64,000 bases of DNA from Cellvibrionales bacterium (GTDB taxonomy: Bacteria; Pseudomonadota; Gammaproteobacteria; Pseudomonadales; GM7GCV1). The position numbers and the translations under genes are program-made. The notes under the pieces are model-generated. The model was not told where the DNA came from. It was given only the letters and a program-made list of their open reading frames with translations, and searched no databases. Below, piece by piece: positions 1 to 11,588 of this stretch. Each line of letters opens with the position of its first letter. Positions within the stretch are counted from its first letter, which is position 1. The stretch covers positions 97 through 64,096 of the forward strand of contig JACONM010000036.1 in assembly GCA_014323765.1 (NCBI GenBank). Direction: 5' to 3'.

Positions 1-135
1 CGAGATCACGGAAGTTGAGTAATGGCCTTATCTCGGTTTTTATGTAATCTAAATACTAGGTATTCTACAATGGCAGGATAAAATCTGAATGAGTTAGAAA
101 GACAGATAATCCGATAACCCGACCGAATAGGCTCT

Positions 136-423
136 CTATCCCTCATCCCCCAACAACCCCTCAATCCGATCCATAATATCATTCATCCGCCGCACCGTCG
201 CCCGATAAGGCTCCGGGCTCGCCATATCCAATCCAGCCTCCAATAAAATACGGTAAGCGTAATCCGACCCGCCCGCCTTCAGCGCATCGATAAAAGCCCG
301 CCGTACATCTTCATCCCCGGCCAATAACTTCTCCGCAAACCAGATACCCCCCGCCATCGAAGTCGAGTATTGAAAGACATAAAAATCGTAAAAAATAAAG
401 GGGCCGCACCAGACAACCCCCAA
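136..423 (-). pseudogene. C-terminal remnant of an M3-family oligoendopeptidase F (PepF-like)
   Basis: The 95-aa ORF reads ...FYVFQYSTSMAGGIWFAEKLL...FIDALKAGGSDYAYRILLEAGLDMASPEPY..., which matches only the last ~90 aa of PepF-type peptidases. The N-terminal ~500 aa are absent and the ORF abuts the IS fragment. Confidence 0.55.
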
Positions 424-424
424 G

Positions 425-893
425 GTGCTATTAGAAAGCGTGAGAAAGAGTCACCTTAGTTGGCACAAACAGAGTCGCCCGCACCAGATTATTGCATTGG
501 AAGCCGAGGCCGAAAGTGCGGCGATGTTCAGTGGTGAAGTAGAGGTCGATGAGAGTTACTTCGGCGGACACAGGAAGGGTAAGCGCGGACGGGGCGTGGC
601 GGGCAAGCCCCGTGTTTGTCTTGCTCAAACGGGGCGGCAAGGTCTATGTCAAGGTCATCCCGGACAACATCATCTATAGCGACAGATGGGAGGTTGCAAT
701 GCCCTTGATTCTTTCGCATTCAAGCACTTGTGCGCCAACTATTCACAGTGATTCGCACACACCCGCAACCGTATCAACGGTATCTCCAAGCACCGATTCC
801 CACTCTATTTCAAAGAATGCGAGTGGCGATTCAACCACTCTGACCCAAAACGCCATCTATCGCAGTTATCACAATGGGTTAGGGAGAGTATGA
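425..893 (+). mobile_element. Decayed IS1595-family (ISXO2-like) transposase fragment
   Basis: Transposase motifs EVDESYFGGHRKGKRGRG, LLKRGGKVYVKVIPD, IYSDRW, NALDSFAFKH, RINGI and LYFKECEWRFNH are spread over three reading frames, with stops and internal deletions. Confidence 0.6.
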
Positions 894-921
894 GGCTAGT
901 TATCTAGGACAGCCCCGTTTT

Positions 922-2181
922 TTATTTGCGGCGCATGGCGACGAAGAATTCGTCGTTGGTTTTGAAGTCTTTGAGTTTTTCTAGGAGGAATTCGGCGGCG
1001 GGGAGGTCTTCCATGTCGTGGAGTAGGCGGCGTAGGATTAGGACGCGCTGCATTTCGCCGTCGGTCATTAGCAGGTCTTCGCGGCGGGTGCCGGATTGGC
1101 GGACGTTGATGGCGGGGAAGACGTATTTTTCGGCGATTTTGCGGTCGAGGTGCAATTCTAGATTGCCGGTGCCTTTGAACTCCTCGTAGATGACCTCATC
1201 CATTTTGGAGCCGGTGTTGACCAGGGCGGTGGCGACGATGGTCAGCGAGCCGCTTTCCTCCAGATTGCGGGCTGCGCCGAAGAAACGCTTGGGGCGTTCT
1301 AGGGCGTGGGCGTCGACACCGCCAGTGAGCACTTTGCCGGAGGACGGCTGCACCGTGTTGAAAGCGCGGGCTAGGCGGGTGATGGAGTCGAGCAGGATGA
1401 CCACATCTTTTTTGTGTTCGACCAGCCGCTTGGCTTTTTCGATCACCATATCGGCCACTTGCACGTGGCGGGAGGGCGGTTCATCGAAGGTGGAGGCGAC
1501 CACCTCGCCGCGCACGGTGCGCTGCATCTCGGTGACTTCCTCGGGGCGTTCGTCGATAAGTAGGACGATGAGGTAGATTTCGGGGTTGTTGCGCACCATG
1601 GCTTGGGCGATGTGCTGCATCATTATGGTTTTGCCGGCCTTGGGCGGGGCGACAATCAGCCCGCGCTGGCCTTTGCCGACTGGGGAGACTAGGTCGATGA
1701 TGCGCCCGGTCAGATCTTCCGAGCTGCCGTTGCCGGATTCGAGCTTGAGGCGTTCATCGGGGAATAGCGGGGTGAGGTTTTCGAACAGGATTTTGTTCTT
1801 GGAGTTTTCCGGCGCATCGTAGTTGATGGTGTCGACCTTCAGGGTGGCGAAGTAGCGCTCGTTGTCGCGCGGTGGGCGGATGGTGCAGGCGATGCTGTCG
1901 CCGCGGCGCAGGTTGAAGCGACGGATCTGGCTGGGCGAGACGTAAATATCGTCGGGGCCGGCTAGGTAGGAGCTGTCTGCCGAGCGCAGGAAGCCGAAGC
2001 CGTCGGACATGATTTCCAGCACCCCGTCGCCGCGGATGTCTTCGCCGCTTTTGGCGTGACGTTTGAGGATGGAGAAAATGATGTCTTGCTTGCGGTTGCG
2101 GGCGACATTTTCCAGCCCCATGGAGGCTGCGATGGCGAGCAGCTCGCCGATCGGCTTGCGTTTTAGGTCGGTGAGGTTCAT
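922..2181 (-). CDS. rho: Transcription termination factor Rho
   Basis: 419 aa from [16 protein letters not shown]-terminal RNA-binding region, Walker [16 protein letters not shown] and the typical C-terminus. The ATG at 2181 was verified in the sequence. Confidence 0.97.
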   Translation of the reverse strand: MNLTDLKRKPIGELLAIAASMGLENVARNRKQDIIFSILKRHAKSGEDIRGDGVLEIMSDGFGFLRSADSSYLAGPDDIYVSPSQIRRFNLRRGDSIACTIRPPRDNERYFATLKVDTINYDAPENSKNKILFENLTPLFPDERLKLESGNGSSEDLTGRIIDLVSPVGKGQRGLIVAPPKAGKTIMMQHIAQAMVRNNPEIYLIVLLIDERPEEVTEMQRTVRGEVVASTFDEPPSRHVQVADMVIEKAKRLVEHKKDVVILLDSITRLARAFNTVQPSSGKVLTGGVDAHALERPKRFFGAARNLEESGSLTIVATALVNTGSKMDEVIYEEFKGTGNLELHLDRKIAEKYVFPAINVRQSGTRREDLLMTDGEMQRVLILRRLLHDMEDLPAAEFLLEKLKDFKTNDEFFVAMRRK

Positions 2182-2418
2182 AAGCGGAGAGTTCTTTTGG
2201 GGTTGCAGGGTGGCGGGGGAGGCCCGCCGCAATGGGCGCAGGCGGGCAGGATTGAAATTGGCTAGGAACGTTCAGCCGCACGGTCGGTACGGCGGGCAGG
2301 AATGTTTGAAGGTTGCCTTAGAGGTTGGCTTAGAAATTGAGAGCTCTGGCGAGTGCCAGCGCGTGAAGTATAGGGCTATTTGCCACGACTGCAAGCGGTT
2401 ATTTGCGCGGTTTTGCGG

Positions 2419-2745
2419 CTAGATGGCACTGTCGATGAAGGCGGCCAGCTGCTTGCGCGATAGGGCACCGACTTTCATGGATTCTACCTTGCCGTCCTTG
2501 AAGATGATGAGGGTTGGGATGCCGCGCACTTGGTACTTCATGGGGGTTTCGCGGTTGGCATCGACGTCCATCTTGCAGATCTTGAGTTTGCCGGCGTATT
2601 CGGTGGCCAGCTCGGCGAGGATGGGGGCGATCATCTTGCAGGGGCCGCACCAATCGGCCCAGAAGTCGACCAGCACCGGTACTTCGGCGGTGTCTAGGGT
2701 GTGCTGAAAATCGGCATCGGTCAGATGCGTTATGGGGTCGCTCAT
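2419..2745 (-). CDS. trxA: Thioredoxin
   Basis: 108 aa with the WCGPC active site. Full-length thioredoxin pattern (VLVDFWADWCGPCKMIAP). Confidence 0.96.
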   Translation of the reverse strand: MSDPITHLTDADFQHTLDTAEVPVLVDFWADWCGPCKMIAPILAELATEYAGKLKICKMDVDANRETPMKYQVRGIPTLIIFKDGKVESMKVGALSRKQLAAFIDSAI

Positions 2746-2943
2746 GCCAGTCTCCGGCGGATGGGGCGGTGGAAAAGCCGCTGTAAAGGGAAGGGGCGCA
2801 CAGGCGCAGGGGAGCGGCTATTATTGAGGCTGAATGCGGCGGTTGCAACCGCTGGCGGGTAAAAATTTGAGTCGTCGCTGTTCGTCGCTAGGGTTGGGAA
2901 GCGGTGCGAGCGGGCAGAAAGAGTGCGGAGGGGGCAGGGGCGG

Positions 2944-3432
2944 ATGGTTTCATTTGGGCGGGCGGTGCGCTTTTGTTGCGGGGCGGGCTATGTGCGCTTT
3001 GGCGGGCGGGCGGCGCGTTCGGAATATTGGTGGTTTAAGCTGTTTTGCGCGTTGCTGTTGGCGGCGGCTGTTTTGCTCGAGCGGGGGCTGTTTCTGATTT
3101 TTCCGGAGATTCTGGCTGCGATTGGTTTTCCAAACATCGATGACTTAGGGGTGCTGTCCATCGCAGTGTGGCTGGGGGTGTTGCTGCCTTATTTGGCGGT
3201 CATGGTGCGCCGTTTGCACGATGTTGGGCTTGGCGGTTACTGGCTGGCGGTGTTTTGGCTCGCCTTCCCCGCGGTCTATGTTTTTGCTAGTATGGACAGC
3301 CCCCTCACTTGGGGTTTTATCGCCCTAGCGATCGGTAGCGGTGCGTTGGTTCTGGTTGCGCCGCTCTGGCCCGGTACCCGCGGGCCCAATCGCTTTGGTG
3401 CCGACCCGCTCGCCCCCGCCACTGACCGCTGA
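2944..3432 (+). CDS. DUF805 family inner-membrane protein
   Basis: GRAARSEYWWFKLF and VRRLHDVGLGGYW motifs plus several TM segments. The start is uncertain (ATG 2944 chosen; the ORF opens at 2923). Confidence 0.7.
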   Translation: MVSFGRAVRFCCGAGYVRFGGRAARSEYWWFKLFCALLLAAAVLLERGLFLIFPEILAAIGFPNIDDLGVLSIAVWLGVLLPYLAVMVRRLHDVGLGGYWLAVFWLAFPAVYVFASMDSPLTWGFIALAIGSGALVLVAPLWPGTRGPNRFGADPLAPATDR

Positions 3433-3444
3433 AGGCTAACCGCT

Positions 3445-3879
3445 ATGAACCGAAAACTGCCTATTCTCTGGAAGCCGCTCCTGTTAGCCGCACTGATTGG
3501 ACTGTCGGCGACGGTGCTGGCCAATCAGCAAAAACGCGAGGCGCAGATCGCCGCCCGTCTGGCCCCGGTCGGTGCCCTTTGCATGGCGGGCGAGCCTTGC
3601 GCCGCCGCGGCACCGGGGGCGGTCGCGGCAGGCGAGGCTCGGGAGCCGCAGCAGATCTACGACACCTATTGCATGGCCTGCCACACCACCGGGGCCGCTG
3701 GTTCACCGGTGCTCGGCGATGCGGATGCTTGGGCGGTGCGCTTGGAAAAGGGGCTGGATAGCCTTTATCAAAATGCCATCAACGGCATTGGGGCCATGCC
3801 GGCCAAGGGGCTGTGCATGGACTGTAGCGAGGCGGATATTCAGGCTACGATTGACTATATTTTGGAAAAGTCTGGGTAG
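3445..3879 (+). CDS. Membrane-anchored cytochrome c5-type monohaem cytochrome
   Basis: N-terminal hydrophobic anchor, CMACH haem-binding site, and a downstream AINGIGAMPAKGLCMDCS segment typical of the c5 family. Confidence 0.85.
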   Translation: MNRKLPILWKPLLLAALIGLSATVLANQQKREAQIAARLAPVGALCMAGEPCAAAAPGAVAAGEAREPQQIYDTYCMACHTTGAAGSPVLGDADAWAVRLEKGLDSLYQNAINGIGAMPAKGLCMDCSEADIQATIDYILEKSG

Positions 3880-3884
3880 AGGTC

Positions 3885-3907
3885 AGGCGGGTTGCCGCCG
3901 CCTTTTG
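3885..3907 (+). terminator. Rho-independent terminator after cytochrome c5
   Basis: AGGCGG-gttgccg-CCGCCT hairpin followed by TTTT, 6 nt after the stop codon. Confidence 0.55.
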
Positions 3908-3913
3908 CCTGCT

Positions 3914-5422
3914 TTATATCGACAATGCGTTGTCGTCGGGGTCGGGGAAGCGGTAGCCTAGGGCTTCTTTGAAGTGGTTGGCGGTTAGGGGTTGCTCGGC
4001 TAGGTCGGCGATGGTGTGGGCGGTGCGTAGGGTGCGGTGTAGGGCGCGTACGCTGAGTTTGAAATTGCGCAGGGCCCGCTCGGCCAGTGCGGTGAGTTCG
4101 CCCTCTTCTGCCAGCAATTTGCTTAGCTGTGCCGCATCGAGGGCACTGTTTAGCACCCCTTGGCGTTCTAGCTGGCGGTTGCGGCAGGCGACCACTCGTT
4201 GGCGGATCTGGGTGCTGCCCTCTTCGTCTGCCTGCTGAGGGGTGCCGAGCAGCATGTCGGGTTTGGCGCGGCGGATTTTTAGGTACATATCGATGCGGTC
4301 TAGCACCGGGCCGGAGATGCGGTTGCGGTAGCGCAGGATGCGGTCCGGGGAACAGCCGCAGCGCGACTCGCCGGCGTAGCCGCAGGGGCAGGGGTTCATG
4401 GCGGCGATCAGCTGAAAGCGGCAGGGGAAGCGCGATTTGAAGGCCGCCCGAGAAATTAAAATCTCGCCGCTTTCGATCGGCTGGCGGAGCACTTCCAGCA
4501 CTTTGACCGGAAATTCCGGCAATTCATCCAAAAATAGCACGCCGCAGTGTGCCAGGCTGATCTCGCCCGGGGCCGGGTGGCTGCCGCCGCCGACTAGGGC
4601 CACCGAGGATGAGGTGTGGTGCGGGGCGCGAAAGGGGGCACTGTAAAAGTCGGGTCGCTCGAGTTTGGCGACCGAATAGATGCGCGCTACATCGATGGCT
4701 TGCTCGGTGGTGAGCGGCGGCAGGATGCCCGGAATGCGCGCTGCCAGCATGGTTTTGCCCACCCCGGGCGGGCCTTCGAACAGCAGGCTATGACCCCCGG
4801 CGGCGGCCAGTTCCAGCGCCCGGCGGGCCTGCGGCTGGCCGCGCACTTGGGAGATGCAGGGGGCCTGGGCGGCGGGCGGCGGGTCGGTCGGTTGTGGGCT
4901 GGGCAGGGGATTGTCGCCGCTCAGGTGGGCGCAGGTTTCGGTCAGCAGTCTGGCGGCGCAGCAGTTTTGCTGGGGCAGGACGGCCAGTTCCGCGCAATTT
5001 TCCGCCGGTAAAATGAGCTGCCGATGCTCGCGCTGGCTTTGAATGGCCATGGGTAGCGCGCCGGAAATGGGGCGGATCTGCCCGGAGAGGGACAACTCGC
5101 CGGCCAGCGCAAAACTTTCGAGCCGCTCGCAGTTCATTTGGCCGCTGGCGTGCAGGATGCCGATGGCGATCGGTAGGTCGAAGCCCGCGCCCTGCTTGGG
5201 CAGATCGGCCGGGGCGAGGTTGACGGTAATGCGTCGGGCGGGGTATTCGAAGCCGCTGTTGAGGATGGCGCTGCGCACCCGGTCTTTGCTCTCTTTGACG
5301 CTGGCCTCTGGCAAGCCGACGATGGACAGGCTGGGCAGGCCGTTGGCGATGTGGACTTCGATCTGGATGGGGCGGGCTTCGATGCCGGTGATGGCGTAGC
5401 TGCTGACGGAGGAAAGTTTCAT
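3914..5422 (-). CDS. comM: YifB/ComM family Mg-chelatase-like ATPase
   Basis: 502 aa. Lon-like N-terminal domain, Walker A GPPGVGKT, and the LFLDELPEF box. Confidence 0.93.
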   Translation of the reverse strand: MKLSSVSSYAITGIEARPIQIEVHIANGLPSLSIVGLPEASVKESKDRVRSAILNSGFEYPARRITVNLAPADLPKQGAGFDLPIAIGILHASGQMNCERLESFALAGELSLSGQIRPISGALPMAIQSQREHRQLILPAENCAELAVLPQQNCCAARLLTETCAHLSGDNPLPSPQPTDPPPAAQAPCISQVRGQPQARRALELAAAGGHSLLFEGPPGVGKTMLAARIPGILPPLTTEQAIDVARIYSVAKLERPDFYSAPFRAPHHTSSSVALVGGGSHPAPGEISLAHCGVLFLDELPEFPVKVLEVLRQPIESGEILISRAAFKSRFPCRFQLIAAMNPCPCGYAGESRCGCSPDRILRYRNRISGPVLDRIDMYLKIRRAKPDMLLGTPQQADEEGSTQIRQRVVACRNRQLERQGVLNSALDAAQLSKLLAEEGELTALAERALRNFKLSVRALHRTLRTAHTIADLAEQPLTANHFKEALGYRFPDPDDNALSI

Positions 5423-5712
5423 CGGCGGCGTTTAGGGGCTTTCGGTAGCGTTGGGGGCGCAGGCGGCGGCACTGCGGTCGGTTTTGGAGCGGCGGCGAGC
5501 TGGGCTTCCAGCTTTGCTAGGCGGTCGTTGGCGCGGTCTAGCGAGGCGCGCAGGGCATCGAATTCGGCGCGGGTGATTAGCCCCATTTGTTCGATCTGCG
5601 CATCCAGCAGGGTGCGTAGCTGGTCTCGCGCTTCCGTCTTGAGGCTGGCAAAGAGCGGGGAGCTTTGTTGCAAAATGTCGGCGAGTTGATCGCTGAGACG
5701 GTCGGCGGACAT
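5419..5712 (-). CDS. ubiK: UbiK/YqiC family accessory protein (BMFP)
   Basis: 97 aa coiled-coil protein. The TRAEFDALRASLDRANDRLAKLEAQL pattern is typical of the family. 4-nt overlap with comM. Confidence 0.75.
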   Translation of the reverse strand: MSADRLSDQLADILQQSSPLFASLKTEARDQLRTLLDAQIEQMGLITRAEFDALRASLDRANDRLAKLEAQLAAAPKPTAVPPPAPPTLPKAPKRRR

Positions 5713-5777
5713 GGGGCATTTCCTGCATGGCGGGCGGCTATTTTACTGCTTAGCGGCGGTGTTTTTGGCGGTGGCGA

Positions 5778-5794
5778 TGCACCAGATTGGTGCA
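5778..5794. promoter_or_regulatory. NtrC (NRI) enhancer site
   Basis: TGCACCAGATTGGTGCA is a perfect match to the TGCACC-N5-GGTGCA palindrome. It lies ~115 bp upstream of the sigma54 promoter element. Confidence 0.7.
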
Positions 5795-5892
5795 AAAACA
5801 CCCGGTCGGGCGCGATGTAGGGCGGTGGGCGGGGCGACCAGAGACCGGAGATTTATTCTTAAATCATTGTATTAAAAAGAATAATTTTGTTT

Positions 5893-5908
5893 TGGCACAG
5901 TCTGTGCT
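5893..5908 (+). promoter_or_regulatory. Sigma54 (-24/-12) promoter
   Basis: TGGCACagtctGTGCT has GG and GC at the canonical 10-nt spacing. It sits ~70 bp upstream of the porin start codon. An AT-rich spacer with an IHF-like AATCATtgtaTTA lies between it and the enhancer. Confidence 0.7.
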
Positions 5909-5977
5909 TTGTTTCTTGGCAGGTGTCGGCTTCACGCCCGCACCGCAACCTATTCACTGCCAATTTGGAGAATTGCC

Positions 5978-6709
5978 ATGCCTGCCTTGTACAAAACCCT
6001 GCTCGTCGCTGCCCTGCTTGCCGCCATCGCCCCGGTGCGGGCGGAACTGGCCGCCAATATTGGGGTGACCTCGGATTATATCTGGCGCGGGGTGTCGCAA
6101 AGCGGCGAATCTGCCTCGGTGTCCGGCGGGATCGACTATTCGAGCGAGGGCGGTTTTTACGCCGGGACTTGGGTGGGGTCGCTTGACAATGGGGAGGAGG
6201 ATTTCAATGGCTCGGAAGTGGATCTCTATTTGGGGTTTGCGGGCGAGGTCGCCGAACTTAGCTATGACTTGGGTTATATCTATTACGCCTATCCCTCCAA
6301 TGATGATATCGACTTCGGTGAGATCTACGCCAGTTTGGGCTGGGGCGATTTTACCGCTGGGGTGGCTTATACCGTTAACAATGCCGAGGGCAATGATTTT
6401 GCCGAAGTGGGTGGCGGTGCCGGTTTCGAATCGGGCGACCTTTACGCCCATCTCGGCTACGCCGCAGAGTTGGAGGATGACTGGAGTCTGGGACTAACTC
6501 TTGGTGCCTATGCCTTTGATGCCGATGGCAAGGCATACAAAGCAAATGCGACGGATACGGAATCACTCACCGTAGATATCGACTATTTGCACTACGCCAT
6601 CGACTTCACCAAAACCACCGAGATGGGCGATTTTACTTTCACTCTGTCAGATACCGATCAGGACGATGACGACCCGCGGGCGGTGGTTTCTTGGGGTTTA
6701 AGTTTCTGA
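5978..6709 (+). CDS. TorF-family (TIGR02001-like) outer-membrane porin
   Basis: Signal peptide MPALYKTLLVAALLAAIAPVRA, the GVTSDYIWRGVSQS motif, alternating beta-strand pattern and a C-terminal F. Confidence 0.8.
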   Translation: MPALYKTLLVAALLAAIAPVRAELAANIGVTSDYIWRGVSQSGESASVSGGIDYSSEGGFYAGTWVGSLDNGEEDFNGSEVDLYLGFAGEVAELSYDLGYIYYAYPSNDDIDFGEIYASLGWGDFTAGVAYTVNNAEGNDFAEVGGGAGFESGDLYAHLGYAAELEDDWSLGLTLGAYAFDADGKAYKANATDTESLTVDIDYLHYAIDFTKTTEMGDFTFTLSDTDQDDDDPRAVVSWGLSF

Positions 6710-6750
6710 GCCGGTCCGCCGCCGCTATTCCTGCAACGCCCGCAATTTAG

Positions 6751-7098
<348 letters not shown>

Positions 7099-7160
7099 CC
7101 GCTCGTTGGCAATCTCGCTTAGCTGTCTTTTAACCGTTTTTACTTTTCTGGAGACCCCTG

Positions 7161-8824
<1,664 letters not shown>

Positions 8825-8902
8825 AGGGTGCGGTCTGCTGCGCCACACCGCTCTTCCATCGGCGGCGGTGCCCGCCGCATCGCCCTATCTTCATCCTTCG
8901 TT

Positions 8903-10099
8903 TTATCCGTCGCCCGCGGGATCTTGGGCCCGCTGTAAGGCGATCTCTTCCTGTTTTTGCCATAACAAACGGGTCGTCCGGTCCACCGCCACCATGGCGT
9001 GGAGGGCGGGCGCATCCGCTAAGGGTTTGTGCCGCACCTGTATGCCGCTGGGCGCAAGCAGGGCGGCGGTCGGCTCGCTGAGGTGCGCATGCCAGCGGCT
9101 GGTGCGAATAGCGGCTTGCTGGTCGGGGGCGATGGCGTTCAGGGCGCGATGCGGATAGCTGCCCGGCGGTAGCCGGCTGTGGTGGAGCAGGGTTTTTAGA
9201 TCGATTCGATATTGCCGCTGCCCGTGGGGAAATAGCAGGCGGTGCCCGCTGCCCCAGGTGAAGGTCAGGGCTTGGCGCAGGCTGGCGCGGGCACTGGCCG
9301 GGTCTTTGCCGAGCGGCAGGCGGCACAGCTGGCACTCGCTGGATAGGCTGAGCGTCTGGCCGCCGTAAAAGCGCAGGTGGCCCTCTATTTTTTGATAGAG
9401 GCGGTCGAGGCACTGGCGCAATAGTTCAGGTTCGTCGCGTAGGGAGGCATCGGCGCAGGGGTAGAGGTAGAGCAGCAGTGCCTCTTCGGTGCCGTCTTCC
9501 GTCGTTCCTGTCATGGCGGGCGGCAGTGCTAACTCGCTCGTCCGCTGGCGACCCCATCGCCGTGCGGCCCACCCGCCGATACTCCAGAGCAACCCGCCGA
9601 ATACGGTTAGGGCGGCGGCATTGCGCATCATTAGGAGCCACATCTGCCAGCGACCGGGCGGCGGTGTGCGGGCAGCGGCCAGCATCTCGACCTGCACTGT
9701 GCCGGCCAGCGCACCTTGAAATCGCACCGGAAAATCGGCGCGAGTCGCCGCCGGCGTGGCACTGGCGGCGTGATTCATGGCGCGGGCGAGCGGTTGCTGG
9801 TCGATGTCGACGATGGCCACTTGGCGGATGCGCGAGCCTTGGATCAGGCTTTCCAAACGGCGGGCTGCTGCTTGGCGATCGCGGGGCTCGCGGGCCAAAA
9901 AGATGGGCATCGCCGCATTGTGGATCAGGCGGATCTGGCTTTTTTGCGAGGGGTCCACCGCGTCATCCGCCGCCAGTGTCCCCAAATGCCCCAGTAACTG
10001 TGCACTGATCAGCAAGATAAAAATGCCGCTCCAAACTGCGGCGGCAGTTAGAGCATGGGCCCGGGTAGTGGGCAGCAAGTGGCGCAATGGCGGCGGCAT
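8903..10099 (-). CDS. Hypothetical two-TM membrane protein with a possible degenerate GGDEF-like cytoplasmic domain
   Basis: Two hydrophobic segments bracket a ~130-aa periplasmic region. The C-terminal part contains ...LLYLYPCAD...LRFYGGQTLSLS..., which resembles a GGDEF fold with the motif replaced. Confidence 0.45.
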   Translation of the reverse strand: MPPPLRHLLPTTRAHALTAAAVWSGIFILLISAQLLGHLGTLAADDAVDPSQKSQIRLIHNAAMPIFLAREPRDRQAAARRLESLIQGSRIRQVAIVDIDQQPLARAMNHAASATPAATRADFPVRFQGALAGTVQVEMLAAARTPPPGRWQMWLLMMRNAAALTVFGGLLWSIGGWAARRWGRQRTSELALPPAMTGTTEDGTEEALLLYLYPCADASLRDEPELLRQCLDRLYQKIEGHLRFYGGQTLSLSSECQLCRLPLGKDPASARASLRQALTFTWGSGHRLLFPHGQRQYRIDLKTLLHHSRLPPGSYPHRALNAIAPDQQAAIRTSRWHAHLSEPTAALLAPSGIQVRHKPLADAPALHAMVAVDRTTRLLWQKQEEIALQRAQDPAGDG

Positions 10100-10318
10100 G
10101 GGGCGGTCAATGGGCGAAAAATACGCAAAAATTGTAGAGCAATCGGTCGCGCTGGCGCATGCTTTATTCGGTTATTCGGCCCTTTTATCCGGCGGCGCAA
10201 GCTGGCTGCAATCCGCTTTTGATGCGCTGCTCAATGCGCCCGTGGCGGGCGGGTCGGTGGGGCGGGGCCGTGCTATCCCAATTCGGGGCGGCGGGGCGGC
10301 GGGCTATAATTGAAGCCC

Positions 10319-11530
10319 ATGAGCGCGCAAATTTTTCTGCTGACCATCGCCGGCGACAACCGCCCCGGCATGTGTACGCGGATTGCCGCAGAGCTGGCCG
10401 AGCGCGGTGCCTCGGTGCTCGACATCGGCCAGGCGGTCATCCACAACACCCTTTCGCTCGGGTTGATGGTCAGCCTGCCCGCCGGGGCCTGCATGGAAGA
10501 ATTAGCCGGTGCGATCGAATCCGCCCTGGCCGATTGCGACATCCGCATGAAAACCGCGCCCGTGAGTGCCGCCGATTACAGCGATTGGGTGGCGGGGCAC
10601 GGACAGCCCAAACACATCATCACCCTGATTGGCCGCACCCTCTCGGCCTGCACCATCGCCGCGGTCAGCGCGGTGTTGGCGCGGCACGGGCTGGACATTT
10701 ACCACATCACCCGCTTGACTGGGCGCATCCCCATCGACCGCATCGCCGCGCAGACGCAAGCCTCGGTGGAGTTTATCGCCCGCGGTGAGGTGGCCTCTTT
10801 GCTGGCATTGAAAACTGAGCTTATGTCACTCGGCTCCAAATTGCAGGTGGACCTAGCCTATCAGGAGGACAACGCCTACCGCCGCAACCGCCGCTTGGTG
10901 GCGTTCGATATGGATTCGACTTTGATCCGCGAAGAGGTCATCGATGAGCTGGCGGCAGAGGCTGGCGTGGGGGGCGAGGTGGCGCAGATTACTGCCGCGG
11001 CCATGCGCGGTGAACTGGACTTTGCGCAGAGCCTGCGGCGGCGGGTCGGGCTACTCAAGGGATTGCCCGCCGCGGTGTTGGAACAGGTCGCCCAGCGGCT
11101 TACTCTGAATGAAGGGGCCGGTCGGCTGGTGAGTCGGCTGCGCGAGCTAGGCTGTAAAACTGCCATTCTGTCCGGCGGCTTCGATTATTTTGGCAATTAC
11201 CTCAGCGAGCGGTTAAACATCGACCATGTTTATGCCAACCAGCTGGAAATAATGGATGACAAGCTAACCGGTCGCCTACAAGGCGAGATTATCGATGCCG
11301 AGCGCAAGGCCACCCTGCTGCGCATGCTGGCTAAACAACAGGGGCTAACCCTGCAACAGACCATCGCGGTGGGCGACGGCGCCAACGACCTGCAAATGCT
11401 CAGCATCGCCGGCATGGGGGTCGCCTTCCACGCCCGCCCCCTAGTGCGCGAATCCGCCGACTACGCACTCGACACTCTAGGGCTAGATGCCATCCTTTAT
11501 TTGCTCGGCTATCATGACCGCGACTCTTAA
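10319..11530 (+). CDS. serB: Phosphoserine phosphatase SerB with N-terminal ACT-like domains
   Basis: HAD motifs VAFDMDSTLI and GDGANDL. ATG at 10319; the ORF-finder start at 10310 is a TTG. Confidence 0.92.
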   Translation: MSAQIFLLTIAGDNRPGMCTRIAAELAERGASVLDIGQAVIHNTLSLGLMVSLPAGACMEELAGAIESALADCDIRMKTAPVSAADYSDWVAGHGQPKHIITLIGRTLSACTIAAVSAVLARHGLDIYHITRLTGRIPIDRIAAQTQASVEFIARGEVASLLALKTELMSLGSKLQVDLAYQEDNAYRRNRRLVAFDMDSTLIREEVIDELAAEAGVGGEVAQITAAAMRGELDFAQSLRRRVGLLKGLPAAVLEQVAQRLTLNEGAGRLVSRLRELGCKTAILSGGFDYFGNYLSERLNIDHVYANQLEIMDDKLTGRLQGEIIDAERKATLLRMLAKQQGLTLQQTIAVGDGANDLQMLSIAGMGVAFHARPLVRESADYALDTLGLDAILYLLGYHDRDS

Positions 11531-11588
11531 CCGCGATTCGGTATAATTGCCGATCAATTACGTGTAGCCACTATTTAAGGCACCTGCT

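Noticed and set aside
10296-10321. TATAAT at 10305-10310, only 8 nt before the serB ATG, suggesting a leaderless mRNA
   Set aside because: The -35 region is poor (TTCGGG), the start codon is ambiguous (TTG 10310 versus ATG 10319), and this cannot be supported without TSS data.
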